Positions 25,201 through 38,100 are shown, counted from the first letter of the stretch. The stretch: 64,000 nt of DNA from Massalongia carnosa (GCA_965645245.1 OZ287068.1:3410001-3474000), one strand, 5' to 3'. Numbers and translations: made by a program. Notes: generated by a model from the letters alone, not told the origin.

Positions 25201-27420
25201 TAGATCTATAGTGCTAAAAGAGTTCCGGGCCTCCCACGTGACGGTTTATTTGGGCAGCGTCAATGAGAGGTCAAATTCTTCTACTATATTCAATAACTGA
25301 TCTGCGGCTACGTGTTGTGTTGGCCTTGTGATTCCATTCCAAAAGGGGTGGTGAAGATTGAAGTCGCCGAGAAGAACGTGCTGTGCGTCTGCGGCAAGCT
25401 GCTGGCGTACGACGGGGAGTGTGGACGGGCTTTCTGTGGATGAATAAGAGGACGGGGACGGGTTGTACACGTTATAAATGTGCAGCACTTTCGTAACCCC
25501 ATCGGTACACATGTTCAATTTCAACGTGCATAGATCTGCGGTAGGGAATTCTACTTCCCAGCTTTCCGGGTCTATTTTCTCGTTAACGTAAAAACATACG
25601 CGTGTTTCACCGCCGGGACGATACAGGAGGTGAAATTCGCTTTGATGTGAGCTGAGCGTTGTGGGAGCGTTGCGTGCTCCGCCACGGTTCCTGTATTGCT
25701 ATAACATCGTAGTCCTGCGTGTTTAAATCTGCTAAAAGTGGAATCATTGTGCTTACTCGATCATTTCTGACGTTGTACTGTAGTATGTTAATGGAGTTTG
25801 TGTCCTTCATAAATCTCCTTCTTCCATTACGTCCGTTGCCGGGGCGGTGGGGTGGTCCGATTCTGGGTCGGCGGGAGAGGGAGATGATTCAGGGGTCGGC
25901 GGGGGGGGGCGGGATCCGTGCGGGACGGGGCGGGTGTTGCTGCGGTTGGTGTGTTTGGTGGTCTGCCAAGAGTGGGCTTTGCCATCGCTCTTTGCATGTT
26001 CATGGGTTTCATGATCTCCGTGTCCTTCCATGACATGCCCGCTACGCGGCTGGGACCTGCCGAGGTCACTTCTTGGGAACCCGCTGGGGCGGTTTTCCTT
26101 TCTTGCTGGTGACGACCTTCCAGGCACCGTTGACGGGTCTCTCCGTTGCCTCCCCTGGTGTTGCGCTGCATTCCTTGTCCGTTGAGGTTTGAGACGAGAA
26201 GATGAATGACCGTGCTACGATCGGGTCGCCCGTGACGAAGAGCTGGGGTGAGCTTTTCCTGGCCTTCTCTATCTTGCTCATTTCTAGTAATCTGAGTTTG
26301 CATGTTGGGACCCACGCTACGTGGCCTCTCTCCTCGCAGCATGCGCACCTTATGTGTTTACCTGTTGTTTCTGGGTTGCATTCGTTGGTCGAGTGCCCGC
26401 CGGCGCAGAGCCCGCACGCCGTTGGGTTGCGGCAGCGTTTTCCTATGTGTCCATATTTATAGCAGTTGAAGCACTGCGTTAGCTTGCAACTTTTTCCGAA
26501 TTTTTCGCAATTCTTAATCTCATGATCGACGAGGAAGCCCACGGTGATGAGGCGTTTCGCCATCGCGGGAGTCTCTACTTCTACATGCAGCGACGAGTAT
26601 GTCTTCTTTTCTTTGATGGCCCTGAACGGCCAGGCGATTCTCGTGATTTTTAGGCCTGAGTGTAATGGTGCGTTAGCTGCCTGCAGGTACTGAATGGTTT
26701 GATTCTGATTGGTGGCATCGATATGTGCCATCTTTACTCCGCTAGCTCGTACTGCATAGGTGCGGCGTTGGACTGTAGCAGACGCCGCAATCGCGGTGAT
26801 CCATTCAGTGTTTTCATGTAGGGTCTTCTTGACCTCTGCTGATTCTGCGTGAATTCATATGTCTCCGCTTGTAAGTCGCGATATTCCCACTATCCCTTCG
26901 ACGTTTTTCTGCAGCGATTCCACCAACTCCTGAGTGGGCATCTGTCTCACTCTTTCTCGATCGGCCTCGTTCGTGACTCGTAGTGTGATCTCCCGGGCCC
27001 TTTTGGCCTCGCTGGGGGATGGCTTTTTGGTTTTTTGGGGTTTTGGGTGCTTAAGATTGTACGTCGGGCTTTGCCCGGCCTGGTTCTGGGGCGCCAGCGG
27101 GGTGGCCGCGGCGGCGTAGCTTGTGGGGGGATCGTTATTCTTTTTGCTGCCTTCCATGCGATTAAGTGCGTTTCTTATGTCCCGTAGGGACTCTTCTACC
27201 GTGACGGTGTCTTCGTTTTCCGAATTAATGTGAAGCTAGGCTTGCAATGTGGCTTTAACCTCCTTCAACAGAGTTTGCACCACCGGGTCTCCTACGCTGT
27301 TACCAGGCTTTAAGTACTCATCTATCTTTGCTCCCAAGAGCTTTATCTTCTCCTCCTGCTCCTTCTTGCGTTTCTCGCGGTCTTGTGCGAGTGTGTTGAT
27401 CATTTTCGAAGTTTTTTCGA
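22252..27420 (-). mobile_element. Tad1-like LINE, near full length, degenerate (ORF1 ~27403-25810; ORF2 25810-22453)
   Basis: ORF1 zinc knuckles QCFNCYKYGH/CGLCAGGH/CACCEERGH; APE motifs ILQYNV, IAIQEPW, LLGDFNLHHP, SSDH; RT YRPIALLNT, MDVAGAFD, QGSPISP, GFVDD; C-terminal CSCG..HIILHC; (ATC)n tail. Many frameshifts; 5' end approximate. Confidence 0.93.
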
Positions 27421-27917
27421 CTATCTCCCGAGTTTATTCAACAACAACGGGAATTATAAGAAGAACGCGATGCAACAAGTCAGAAGTATATATTTATTAA
27501 ATTTATTAATGCATCGTATAAATCTGAATATAAAATTCATCGTCGATTTTAATCAATCGTTATTAAATCAAAATTTATTTACAAAGAAGAAAAGAATTAT
27601 CGTGCGCGACTCGTTAAAAATATCTTCATTGAATGTCGTGTTAATCTACGCTGTTACGGTGCGAGGGCGTGTAGTAATTCAGATGGTGCAAACGTTGTAG
27701 AGGGGTGGAGTGGAACTCCACCGGGTCGGTGGCAAGTGAGGTGATGAGTCAGGTGATTGGTCATGTGGTCGGGTGCTGGCGTCTTGGCGTTCCGTTTATA
27801 TGAGTCTTTTTCTCAAACTTTCCTTCTCATCTTTCGGGATATCCATCTTCGGATCATACTGCTATCAACACATACAGCTATCATAGACACTTTCATTCAT
27901 ACAGCTAGTCGGCCATT

Positions 27918-28947
27918 TGTAATGGGCTACGAGACCAGTAAGCTTATCACGAGCGACACTGATCTCGAAAAGGGAAATGCTCAGCGTGAGAGGAGGAAGA
28001 TAGCTACTACGTGCTAGTCTCCGAGAGTATATGTGATCCAAAGAACTAATGGATGTGGAAGTGCTTGGACCAAGAGATCTCGTCCGAGACCCAAACGTAG
28101 GTTGTTCATAGAATAAAGACTAATTGCTAACGAATACTACAAGATTCGTTCTGATATTTATCCTACTCACCCCAAGCCTATAGCCTTGGGAGCCTTGGAA
28201 CCTTAGGAGCCTTGCAAGCCTTGGGAGTCTTGCGAGCATTACAGCCTTGCAATCCACATCCGACTTTATCGCATTACATCCAACCATCCCTCAGGATCCA
28301 TCCACGAACTCGGCGTTCGCTGGATCATCTAGTCAGCCTCGAGCAGCCTTCTAGATCTTCCCTTGCAAGGTAGAACAGTTCTACCCCCGGCTAGATCCCT
28401 CACTACATGCTTCAGGCTATGTAGCTTCATTTCGCCGTCACCACTACCTAGTGATGGAAGGTTACCTCCGACTGAATACCTCGCTACACTGCGGACCTGC
28501 CTCTAGACACAAGGTCTAGACAACGAGGTCATGTAGGTTCATTCAGCCGACATCACTACCAACGTAGTAATAAAGGTTGAAGCTGAAGTTTACACCGGGG
28601 AGCCTAGCTCAAGCTGCGTCCAGCGAGCCGTGCCTCCTGCTACCTCTCTTGATCCATCAAGAGATCCAGTAGCTCCGAGTAGGCCAGTAGATCCCATATA
28701 GAGTTCCTTGGCGTCTCCACAGGAGTCCGCCTTACACTCCATGGCAATCTACCACCACGGCCTCGATAGGTGTTTGATCTGTAAGTAGTTAAGAACGTGA
28801 TAACAATAACTCCGAAGTTTCGGGGTAAGATGGCAGTGTGTCAGCCTCGACGGCTTATGCGACTTCGTACTACGGCATGGTCCACGCTAGTTAATCCCGC
28901 AACCGCCATAGGCGATCACGTATCCCTCTAGCGCCATCCGTATTACA
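27918..28947. mobile_element. Solo LTR, 1030 bp (family A, copy 2)
   Basis: TGTAAT...ATTACA; TSD CCATT (27913-27917 / 28948-28952). Confidence 0.93.
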
Positions 28948-29557
28948 CCATTGATAGGCATGACGATTAATTCATTGATGCAGTGAGGCTCTGTTGATTC
29001 GGTCATTTGTTTGTTTGTTTCATCCTTCTATCGTTCGCCACTACCCAGTTTATCCCTTCACAACGTGAGACTTGATTGTCTAACTAAATGGAAAAGACGT
29101 TCGACAAAGAGAAAAGAAATAGTAGAACGAAAAGACATGCCTATTACTCCTGATAACTAAGCTAGTCCACCTTCGGACGTTGCCTGCCCTGATTACCTGT
29201 TGACTTCGTCATGCTTTCGGCATGCACTTCCGCAATGCCATTACCTCATGACTGTTCTTAGCACCTCCGGAAGGCGGCATGTGCTAGCCTCGCGTACTCT
29301 CGTGATTCCTCTTTTCATCTCAGCTGGCACTAAGTAACCCCTATGTCAGGCTAGGATGCTGACATTAATCATGTTAGAAATTGTGATGTAAAACAAAAAA
29401 AAGTCTTTCGATTTAAAGAAAATATTATCAGAAATTATATATGAAAGAATGAGACAGATGAGAGAAATGAAAATATATTTTGACAATTAATGTGAAAACT
29501 TATTCGACGTAGTGAAAGTGAATCAGATTCATAACGTAATGAATATGATAATTCACG

Positions 29558-30395
29558 TATAGATATAATAGCATGACTACCACCACAGAACGCATCAAGG
29601 AACGCTGGGACTCCAAATGGAAGACGTACCAGAACCGCATTCCCCGAGGCACAGTTGGGATCTCTCAGTAGGACGAGACTGAAGATTCACAGCAAATCCG
29701 CACCGAAAAAATAGGCTTGGGAAACTTCCTGTTCGATCATCGGGTACCGGGCGTTATGGACCCCGGCCTGCTCGTGCGGATGGCAGAAGCAGACAGCAAA
29801 ACACATTATTCTACATTGCAGGTTAATCGACGGCAGATACGAAGTGCTAAAAAAAATAGGCACCAACGACTATCGAACGATCATGAACTCGTCGAAAATG
29901 TTGAAAAAACTAACCACATGGATAATAAAAGCAAATTTGCTGACCCAATTTTCACTAGCATCGCAACTGTTATACGAGTGATAACTCTCATTTTGTCAAG
30001 GATTTCACAGAACATCGAGCGAAGAATGCAGTCCAGAAACGGAACACGTTTGGGATAATGGCGCAGTCTGCATGGTTTTTATCCCTTTAAAAGGTTTTCC
30101 CTGTAAGAATAAGTAGATAGCCCGCATGGGCCGGCCTTCGGCCGGTGTCAGATCGGTACAAGAATCAATCATCATCATCATAATAGCATAACTGTCATTG
30201 AATGTATGGATTATATGTGAGCTTTCTACTCATTATATAGCAGTCACATTGAAGACCTTTCGATGACCTTTTTCATAAGAAGTCAGCCGGTTCACTGAAT
30301 TTCGGCCCCCGGAGGTCACTCCGGTCCCCTTGGTAGAGTCGCCGAAGATTAGCACTAGATGAATGCCTATGATGATAGTCCTTTACCATCTAACA
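29558..30395. mobile_element. Solo LTR (~220 bp, family B) split by a truncated LINE
   Basis: 29558-29578 plus 30194-30395 match 48185-48407 (TATAATAGCATGA..TCATTGAA...ACCATCTAACA); terminal TG appears mutated to TA; no TSD found. Confidence 0.65.
29579..30179 (+). mobile_element. 5'-truncated Tad1-like LINE (same family as 22252-27420)
   Basis: Highly similar to the reverse complement of ~22252-22900; (ATC)n tail; TSD ATAATAGCAT(G/A)ACT at 29565-29578 / 30180-30193. Confidence 0.92.
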
Positions 30396-30411
30396 ATGAT
30401 CAAGTTAACAC

Positions 30412-31812
30412 CTAAACCAAAGACCAGCCTGAATGCATGAAGAAGTCGAGGGCTAGTGTATGAGCCCACAAGCCAGCCTCGTCCACTAGTACAAAAAAAC
30501 CCCCAATCCGTCCATCTTCATCCACAATCGGCGCACCACATATGCCTTCCTTGACTTGGGCTCCAATTGTGCCAAACAGAGAAAATGCTGTCTCGATGCG
30601 CCAATCTTTATATGCCACGGGAAGTGAGATCGAGCTTGTAGGCGTTGGGTTATACCAGGATCTGCCGCGCGCACATAAATCAACTCTTCCGGTCGACATG
30701 CCATCTACCTCAAACCAATCACCAGCCCTTATTTCTTCAATGGATATTAGACGTGATGGTACAGGTGCAGCAAAATATCGCCTGTTGGAAAAGGATATCG
30801 ATGGATCTAACTGCACTAACGCTATATCCCATGCTGGAAAGCGCTGAACTATTTGGCCAATTCGTCGTCCAGTTGGCGATGGATGGTATACTTCATCTGA
30901 CGTAGGGAAACCATGGCAAGCTGATGTCATGAGTCTCGCTCCACCGTTTTGGACGAGAACACCGGCTGATGTACTAAGCCACTGCGACGTTATAGAACCG
31001 TTACGGCTTAGATAGGCAGACGATAGGCAGACTCCTGGTGACAACTCGTGTGGGTCGTTGTAGAGGTAATCCGAAACGTCAGCGATCAAATTGGTAGGAG
31101 TAGTGAGTCTCTCGTATGCTTTTTGGGAAGATCCTTTCCAGTAATCTTCAATGCTTTCGTGGTAGAGAATAGGTAGTCCGCCTGCCATGGGCGGAAGTGA
31201 TTGCTTATCGTACGTTCTTCCGCTGGCAACATCCAGTTCCACGATGATTTGCGGGGGCATAAAATGTATTGCTCGAATATCCACTTCGGATGAGAGTAAT
31301 TTGATCACCTCCATCGACTGCTGATGAGTTGGGATTTCGAACTTCGGTAGAGAGTACGATACAATATCATCTCTCTTTTTGGTACCGTAGGGCCGTAATG
31401 AGCCGTAAGGTAAACTGAGGAGGTGAAGATCTTGAGGAATAAAACGAGCAAGTGCGCAAGCTACAGTTAGAGGGATGTGCGAGGGGGGCTGGCTTGTCCT
31501 AATAATAATATCTGGAAAATCGACATGAACAGCGAACGCCTTATATTTCCCAATTATCCATTCAATCTCAACATGAGATGGGTCACGAAACTCTTCAATA
31601 TTACCATCCCATAGGCTGAATGGGGCATCATCCAAGTTGTGTCGACTCCCAAAGCCTGGAGTTTTGATGGTAAAGGGTTTGTGTCGTTGAGACTCTGGCT
31701 GTTCGTGAGGTAGGGTCGGTGGCACGGGAGGGTTTTCTGAAGAGGTTGGATTGGGTGCATATGCTGGCTTAAGAGTAGAAATCTTTACCGGGGATTGTCG
31801 TAATACGATCAT
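30412..31812 (-). CDS. Intronless 466-aa protein, putative chymotrypsin-fold protease with His-Asp-Cys triad
   Basis: Uninterrupted ORF. C-terminal half: LSPGVCLS, SAGVLV...LMTSACHGF (His), WDIALVQL (Asp), VDGMSTG, EGICGAPIVDEDGRIGG (Cys at the GxSG position). Family assignment by motif only. Confidence 0.7.
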   Translation of the reverse strand: MIVLRQSPVKISTLKPAYAPNPTSSENPPVPPTLPHEQPESQRHKPFTIKTPGFGSRHNLDDAPFSLWDGNIEEFRDPSHVEIEWIIGKYKAFAVHVDFPDIIIRTSQPPSHIPLTVACALARFIPQDLHLLSLPYGSLRPYGTKKRDDIVSYSLPKFEIPTHQQSMEVIKLLSSEVDIRAIHFMPPQIIVELDVASGRTYDKQSLPPMAGGLPILYHESIEDYWKGSSQKAYERLTTPTNLIADVSDYLYNDPHELSPGVCLSSAYLSRNGSITSQWLSTSAGVLVQNGGARLMTSACHGFPTSDEVYHPSPTGRRIGQIVQRFPAWDIALVQLDPSISFSNRRYFAAPVPSRLISIEEIRAGDWFEVDGMSTGRVDLCARGRSWYNPTPTSSISLPVAYKDWRIETAFSLFGTIGAQVKEGICGAPIVDEDGRIGGFFVLVDEAGLWAHTLALDFFMHSGWSLV

Positions 31813-31930
31813 GATTCCAGTTCCAAGTAGTAACGGCTGCTACCTGCAGTAGTTCTAATGTTGGTGTACTGCAACAAGATCTCAATTAGTCTAGAATAAA
31901 TGTTGGCGTCGTGTGCTCTAGAGATCAGAG

Positions 31931-32213
31931 GTATTGGAATTTGCCGAGATACCTGAATATTTGCGACCGAGGTTCTTTTGCCTCCTGCTTACTAATTTCC
32001 AGATTAGGCAATCATATGCTATATGCGAAAAGCTTCAGATTTCGGCACGACTTCGGCAACTACGAGGAGGCAAAGGTATGCAGCAAAAATGCTACATTTC
32101 GGAGGCAATTCAGCTGTTCATGATCACTGAGTGTCTCGGTGTCTCCGGTCAGCAATAAGGTGTATTTTGCCCAGCTGAAAAGGTTCAAAGGAAGCAGGTT
32201 CATGCATTTGATA
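31931..32213 (+). repeat. Inverted duplicate, copy 1 (partner 46101-46350); looks like an exon/intron gene fragment
   Basis: GTATTGGAATTTGCCGAGATACCTG...GGTTCATGCATTT matches the reverse complement of 46101-46350 apart from indels; contains CTAAT..CAG and GTATGC..TAAG intron-like signals. Confidence 0.8.
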
Positions 32214-32539
32214 TAGGCCGAGATGGAGGCCCTCAAGCAGTATAAAGAGACGATGCTTCCTCATGTAATTTAGCTATTCAGTCGTTCAGAATTCAGTTCA
32301 GCAGATAGCTAAATTTGGAGTATCTTCACTGGAAATACGGAGTACCTGCATCACGTTTGCCAAGCACTTCTCTTTGCCTATCCTTGAAAGCCCTAGACCC
32401 TCTTCTCCTGCATCCCGCTGCCGTATGCCTGGTTGATTTTTTGTTCAACAAGAGGATTTATTATGTGTTGAATGTTCAAATTCTACCAGCACAACAGATT
32501 AGATTAGATCAGATCCAGTCTAACCGTATCGGTTACTTA

Positions 32540-34195
32540 GTGAAAAAAAAAGGGCAGGGTGAGCCGAAACTCCCACCAAAACTTACCCCTTTTCTTCCCC
32601 TTTTTCTTCCCCATCTTCTTTCCTCATTCAACATTTGTGTTGCGAATGCCAAGCCAGCTAGATCATATCTGACGTAATATGCGAATGCCCTCGCGTATTT
32701 TACTGATATGGGAATGGTTACATCTGAGAATTTCTGGTATCTTCGATGCTTAGAAATTCAGGTCTATAGACGTTCGAGGAGAATCTCGAATGTTCTGTGA
32801 TCATGTGTATATAACATCACTCCTACGCATAGCTTAGAGATCAGTCGCAATAATCTGAATTATTTCATTCATAAAGTTCTGTACTATCCAGAGACTTCTG
32901 GCACTCTGCCACCTATTTTCTTTGCATTGGGTCCATCATTCTCCATCCATCCCTCCTATTTTAAACAATTTGAAACGCCATCCCACTACGATACACCTCA
33001 AAAGGCCAAGGTGCAGGTAGCTTATGAATTTCTTCTTGCAAAAGGGATTTCTATCGATCCTCGAGAGATTTTTCAGCATTTTGGCATTCGAAGCGAGAGA
33101 CAGGGCTATAAGATCATTCGAAACGGAGCATCTTCTAGAAGAAGACATCATTCAACGCTCGTTGAGACACGCGGTCGCAAATCAAAAGTCACGGAAGCAC
33201 AAATACAGGAGGCAGATCACATTCTACAAGATGAGGGGCTACAGTTGGAAGGAAAACGATACACATGGGAACAATTGGCTATGGAGATTGGGGCCGACGT
33301 TGTCGGTCGTAAAATGCACAATGTTATGTCGGCTGCTCTAAACTATGAGAAATGTCTGGCCTGCGTCAAGGGATGGCTGGCCGACCCACCTATGGAAAGA
33401 CGGGTCGAATTTGCTCACATGATGCTGACCAGATATCCCAAACCGGAGCAATGGGATCGCGTACGATTTAGTGATGAGATTCATTTTGGATACGGGCCGG
33501 AAGGACAGTTACGAATCATTCGTCAGCCCGGAACACGATATCGTTGGATTGCATACAGCATCGTGACCCGCCTCCTGAGAAAGATCGAAAACGAAAACAT
33601 TGCTGGGCCGCAATTGGCTACAATTTCAAGTCGGATATTATCTTTTATGACGTGCCGGGCAACAGCAATGGTAAAATGACTCATCAGGTGTATATTGAAT
33701 CCGTTCTTGACCCCGTCGTCAAGCCCTGGCTGGAGCGTGGGGATGACTTCGTACTTGAAGAAGATGGAGACTCTGGTCATGGCACGGGCAAGACAAGAAA
33801 TGCCGAGAAATGGAAGGAAGATCATCATTTAGAGCATTATTTCAATTGTGCCTCATCACCTGATTTGTCCCCTATAGAAAATTGCTGGCAGCCAGCGAAG
33901 CAGCATATTCGAAAGTATCCTCATTGGGACGATGTCAGCTTGAAGCAGCTGATTAGGGATGGATGGGAACGGGTGACGCAGGAATTCATCAATGAAGGAG
34001 TTCGATCAATGCCCAAACGATTGGAAGAGGTAATTAGGGCAGAGGGGGCGATGACTGGCTATTGAATAGAACGTAGAATTTCAATGGTCATACGAATTGA
34101 AATGTTGAATGGGAAGAAGATGGGGAAGAAAAAAGGGAAGAAAAGGGTAAGTTTTGGTGGGGGAATTTCGGCTCACCTTGCCCTTTTTTTTTCAC
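32540..34195 (+). mobile_element. Tc1/mariner-superfamily transposon with ~95-bp TIRs, inserted in the Copia 5' LTR
   Basis: TIR GTGAAAAAAAAAGGGCA.GGTGAGCCGAAA...CATTCAACATTT is mirrored at ~34100-34195. Transposase ~32927-34065 ([23 protein letters not shown]) with a frameshift near 33545; 37 residues between D2 and E as read. Confidence 0.9.
32638..32852. mobile_element. Small solo LTR (215 bp) nested at the inner edge of the Tc1 left TIR
   Basis: TGTTGCGA...TCGCAATA termini; flanks ATTTG / ATCTG (5-bp TSD, one mismatch). Confidence 0.7.
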
Positions 34196-34529
34196 CCGCG
34201 TGGCAGCCTAAGGCTCGGATAAACTATTATCACTTCGCTTTGTAGAGGGTGACCACTTAAAAGGAGAAGACTGCTTCATAGCAACTCTTCATCTTATACA
34301 TCAGGGTCATACACATTGTCATTTACTACATAGCCATATAGTCATAATCATATACCTATTTCAACAGGTTATGAGCCCGGAAGGGCGCTATCGATCACAT
34401 AGGAATCGAAGCAGACCTATCCGCTGCATTCAATGCTAAAACAGCTAAGCATCGATCTCTCTCGTCAAAAGTTCTATGAACGAGACATACTAAATCTTCA
34501 TGTGCACGAGAGAAAGAGACGATTGCCCA

Positions 34530-35170
34530 CAGTGCCCATAGGCAAACTACAAAGTCCTGCTGGCTTACGTGCCCCATAGGTAAACTACAAAGTCCTGCTG
34601 GCCTACGTGCCCCATAGTTAGGCAAACTACAAAGTCCTGCTGGCCTACGTGCCCCATAGGCAAAATACTCAAAAGACCTTTTGCCAGATTACATACATCA
34701 GAGGCACTCTTCAAAGACCTTGAACACTCGACAGGCTTCTTGCCCGAAGGTTCTAAGACAATCCAGATGATGACGTTGACCCAGAGGTAGATTTCAGTCT
34801 GACTTTTGCTGCATCACCATCCATCTTACTTTGACCCAGAGGCAGATTTCAGTCTGACTTTTGCTGCATCATCATTCACCTTACTTTGACCCAAGAACAG
34901 ATCACTTCAAAAACTCTGATTCTTGCTGCATCGTCATTTGACTGACGTTGACCCAGAAGCAGATCTCAGTCTGGCTTTTGCTGCATCACCACTCAACTTA
35001 CTTTGACCCAAAAACAGATCACTTCAAAACTCTGATTCTTGCTGCATCATCATTTGACTGACGTTGACCCAGAGGCAGATCTCAGTCTGACTTTTGTTGC
35101 ATCACCAATCAACTAACTTTGACCCAGAGGCAGACCATCTGAGCTATCTTTCAAGGTCTGATTTCTGCTG
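34530..35170 (+). repeat. Two tandem arrays in the Copia 5' leader (~38-bp x ~3.5 and ~55-60-bp x ~7)
   Basis: GCCCCATAGGCAAACTACAAAGTCCTGCTGGCCTACGT units at 34530-34665; TTGACCCAGAGGCAGAT..CAGTCTGACTTTTGCTGCATCA units at 34775-35170. Confidence 0.88.
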
Positions 35171-38100
35171 TATCACCTATCTTAATCAGACTTTCAATAA
35201 ACAGAACGCCTCAAAAGTCTCGATATTGGTAGTTACAGACCTCGGAAAAATCTTATTCCATTTGACAGGCCCGGCCTGTTAAATAGATCGGTAGAGCCAT
35301 GGTTCAGAACGCCCCTATCTTCATACCACCAAGTGAAAGTTCCACCATTGAGTGAAAGTCTTTCATGAGGGTAAAAGCGTTGTGGCAAATAAGGAACAAC
35401 ACAGTTTGATGTCGCAGAGAGGGATCGTAACTTAGATATTTATCAAAAAATCACAGAAGTTTACTTAGACACCTCTTTTCATCATGTCTCTCCCAGATAC
35501 CATCAGTTCCACAGAGAAGTCCTATCTTCTAGAGAAGGCAGAGCACTATTCGGCATGGGTTAGCTACAACAGAGGAGTTCTGCTGAAGAACAACTGCGAT
35601 ACAGCCACATTGGAGACCCAACCAGATGTTACACTTGATTCCATCCGACAGAGCCTCATCGACTCAGGCATCACTCAAGCCAGTCTTACTACCAGCATCC
35701 TTGTCAAAGAACTTCGGGATGACATGAACAGACAGAAGACTGCGATGACCAAGGCTATTGGAATCATACACGGACTGGTTGCGCCATGCCATTTCAACCT
35801 CATCAACAACAAAACTGCTGCCGAGATGTGGGCAACCCTGAAGACTAGATTCCAGGACGTAGCACCAATGAGCATCATGGATGTCATCTTGAGGGTCAGT
35901 GCAAAAAGGATGAGAGGTTTTGAAACCGTAGGTCAATACTGTGCAGAGTATGACGGTGCTTTCAATCAGATCAAGGGCATGTTGGTCGACGGAGCCAAGG
36001 TGAACATAGCCTCCATAGAGTTTGTGCTACAGGGCATGCTACTTGGTAACACTACAGACATGTATGATCCACTCATTGCACAACTCCGCAGGGACTGGAC
36101 ACATGACACCACAAGTCTCTCAGAAACCACAAAGACCCTCATTGCATATGCAGGCAACAACACAGACGTCAAGGCCCTTCATACTAGCACTAGCACTTCA
36201 TCCAACAGAGGCAGAGCACCTATAGGAAGTTGTACTGTTCCAGAGTGCGTAGCAAGGAATAGAACTCGCCACTGGCCAAATGAGTGCTTTTCAGAAGTTT
36301 CCTCATCTGAAGAGAGCGAGAGACGTAGCTGATTCAGGGAGGGCAAAAAGGGCCAAGTCCTCCAAGCCAGAAACAACGGCTGTTCCAGACTCCTCGGCCA
36401 CAGAACCCCCTACACTGAACAGTTGTCTCACACTGGTCATGACCACAGTAATATAGAAGGTCATGGCCATGACAAACTTAGACCAAGACACGTAGCTCCT
36501 TGACAGCGCCGCAGACATGCACGTATGTAATCACAGATCATCTTTTATTGATTACGTAGTACGTCCAACAGCTCTGGCGGGATCTACTTCGGAAGGAATG
36601 TCTCCAGGAAGGGGAGTTATCGAGAGAACGTTGACACTACAGGACGACTCACCCTCGCCAGTGTTAAATCTTACACAACGTACTGCTCATTCCACAGTGT
36701 CCAGTGAACCTTATCAGCCTGGCACTACTCAATCGTCATGACATCTACTATGACAATCTGAACTGGACCCTATTCCTCCAATCCAGTGGAAGGGTCATAG
36801 GGTATGTCCTAAGAGTCAACACCAAATTCATAGTAAAGATCTTGGATACCCCAGAAGTGGCTGTACGTCTCACACAGATAGATGATTAAACTTTTCAATG
36901 GCTGTTGATCATACATTTAACAGAGCCTTGGTCATCTGAACATAACTGCTTGTCGCACTTATCTAAAGCGACTCGATGTACCTTACTCGGACAATGTCAG
37001 CAAGGATTGGCACTGTCCATCCTGTGAACTCAGAAAGGCTACAAAGATATACAACAGAACACCTCAGGAGAGAGCTACAGGCATCTTTCAAAAGGTTCAT
37101 TCAGACCTGGTCGGACCCATCAAACCGGCGTGACTTCTCGTGGAAATCTACTTCTTCACCTTCACCTGTGACGCCAGCAGATACACACATGTGTATACCG
37201 GCATCAAGAAGAGCGAGTGGTTCGATCATCTGTGAACATATGACAGCCTGGCTCAGAAAAAGACAGGAAAGAGCAAATCAATGAGCATCTTTCGCACCGA
37301 AAATGGCACCGAACTCCGAAGTCTGAAATCGGACGACTGGTTTCTGAAGGAAGGGATAACGTTTGAACCCTCAGCACCACATTCACAGGAACAGAACGGA
37401 ATGTCCGAAAGAACAGGCAGGACCATCATGGACATGACTAGGTGTACCATCATCGAAGGAGGCATTCCGGACTATTTATGGACAGAGGTAGTTCTAGCTA
37501 TGGTTCATACCAAGAACGTCAGACCTACAAACGCTTTATCTAGAAAGAGCCCCTTTGAAATTTATGAGTCAAAGCCATTTTCTTTAAATCATCTGAGAGT
37601 TTTGGGATCTACTGTATGAATTCTCTTTCATAGAGAAGAACGAGTAGGAGCAAATAGCAAATCGGTCAAATTCTCACCTCGGGCCCAGCGTGGCATTCTA
37701 TGTGGATATGACGGATGCACCATTTCTCGAGTTTTCTTGGAAAAGGACTACAGGGTCATCAGGGTCAAAGATCTGCGCATTCATGAAGTCGCCATCTCCA
37801 AAGACCAGACCAACGTTCCTACGTATGATGCCATCATGGCACCCGATACAAACATCCTATCAGAACCAGTTGTCATTTCACCTCCCACTTCAACTCCTAA
37901 ACGTGGACGAGGTAGACCCAGAAATTATATTCATGTGAAGCACATATTGTCTCTGCTCTCCGACAAAGCTTTAGTTAGACCAGACCATGTCCATACATCT
38001 GAAGACAGACATGCAGAGGACCCACTTGTTCTATTAGCCAGAACCCCTATGCAAGAAGGCAGTCTATTCAGAAATGAATCTCAGGCCTCAGAATCAGACA

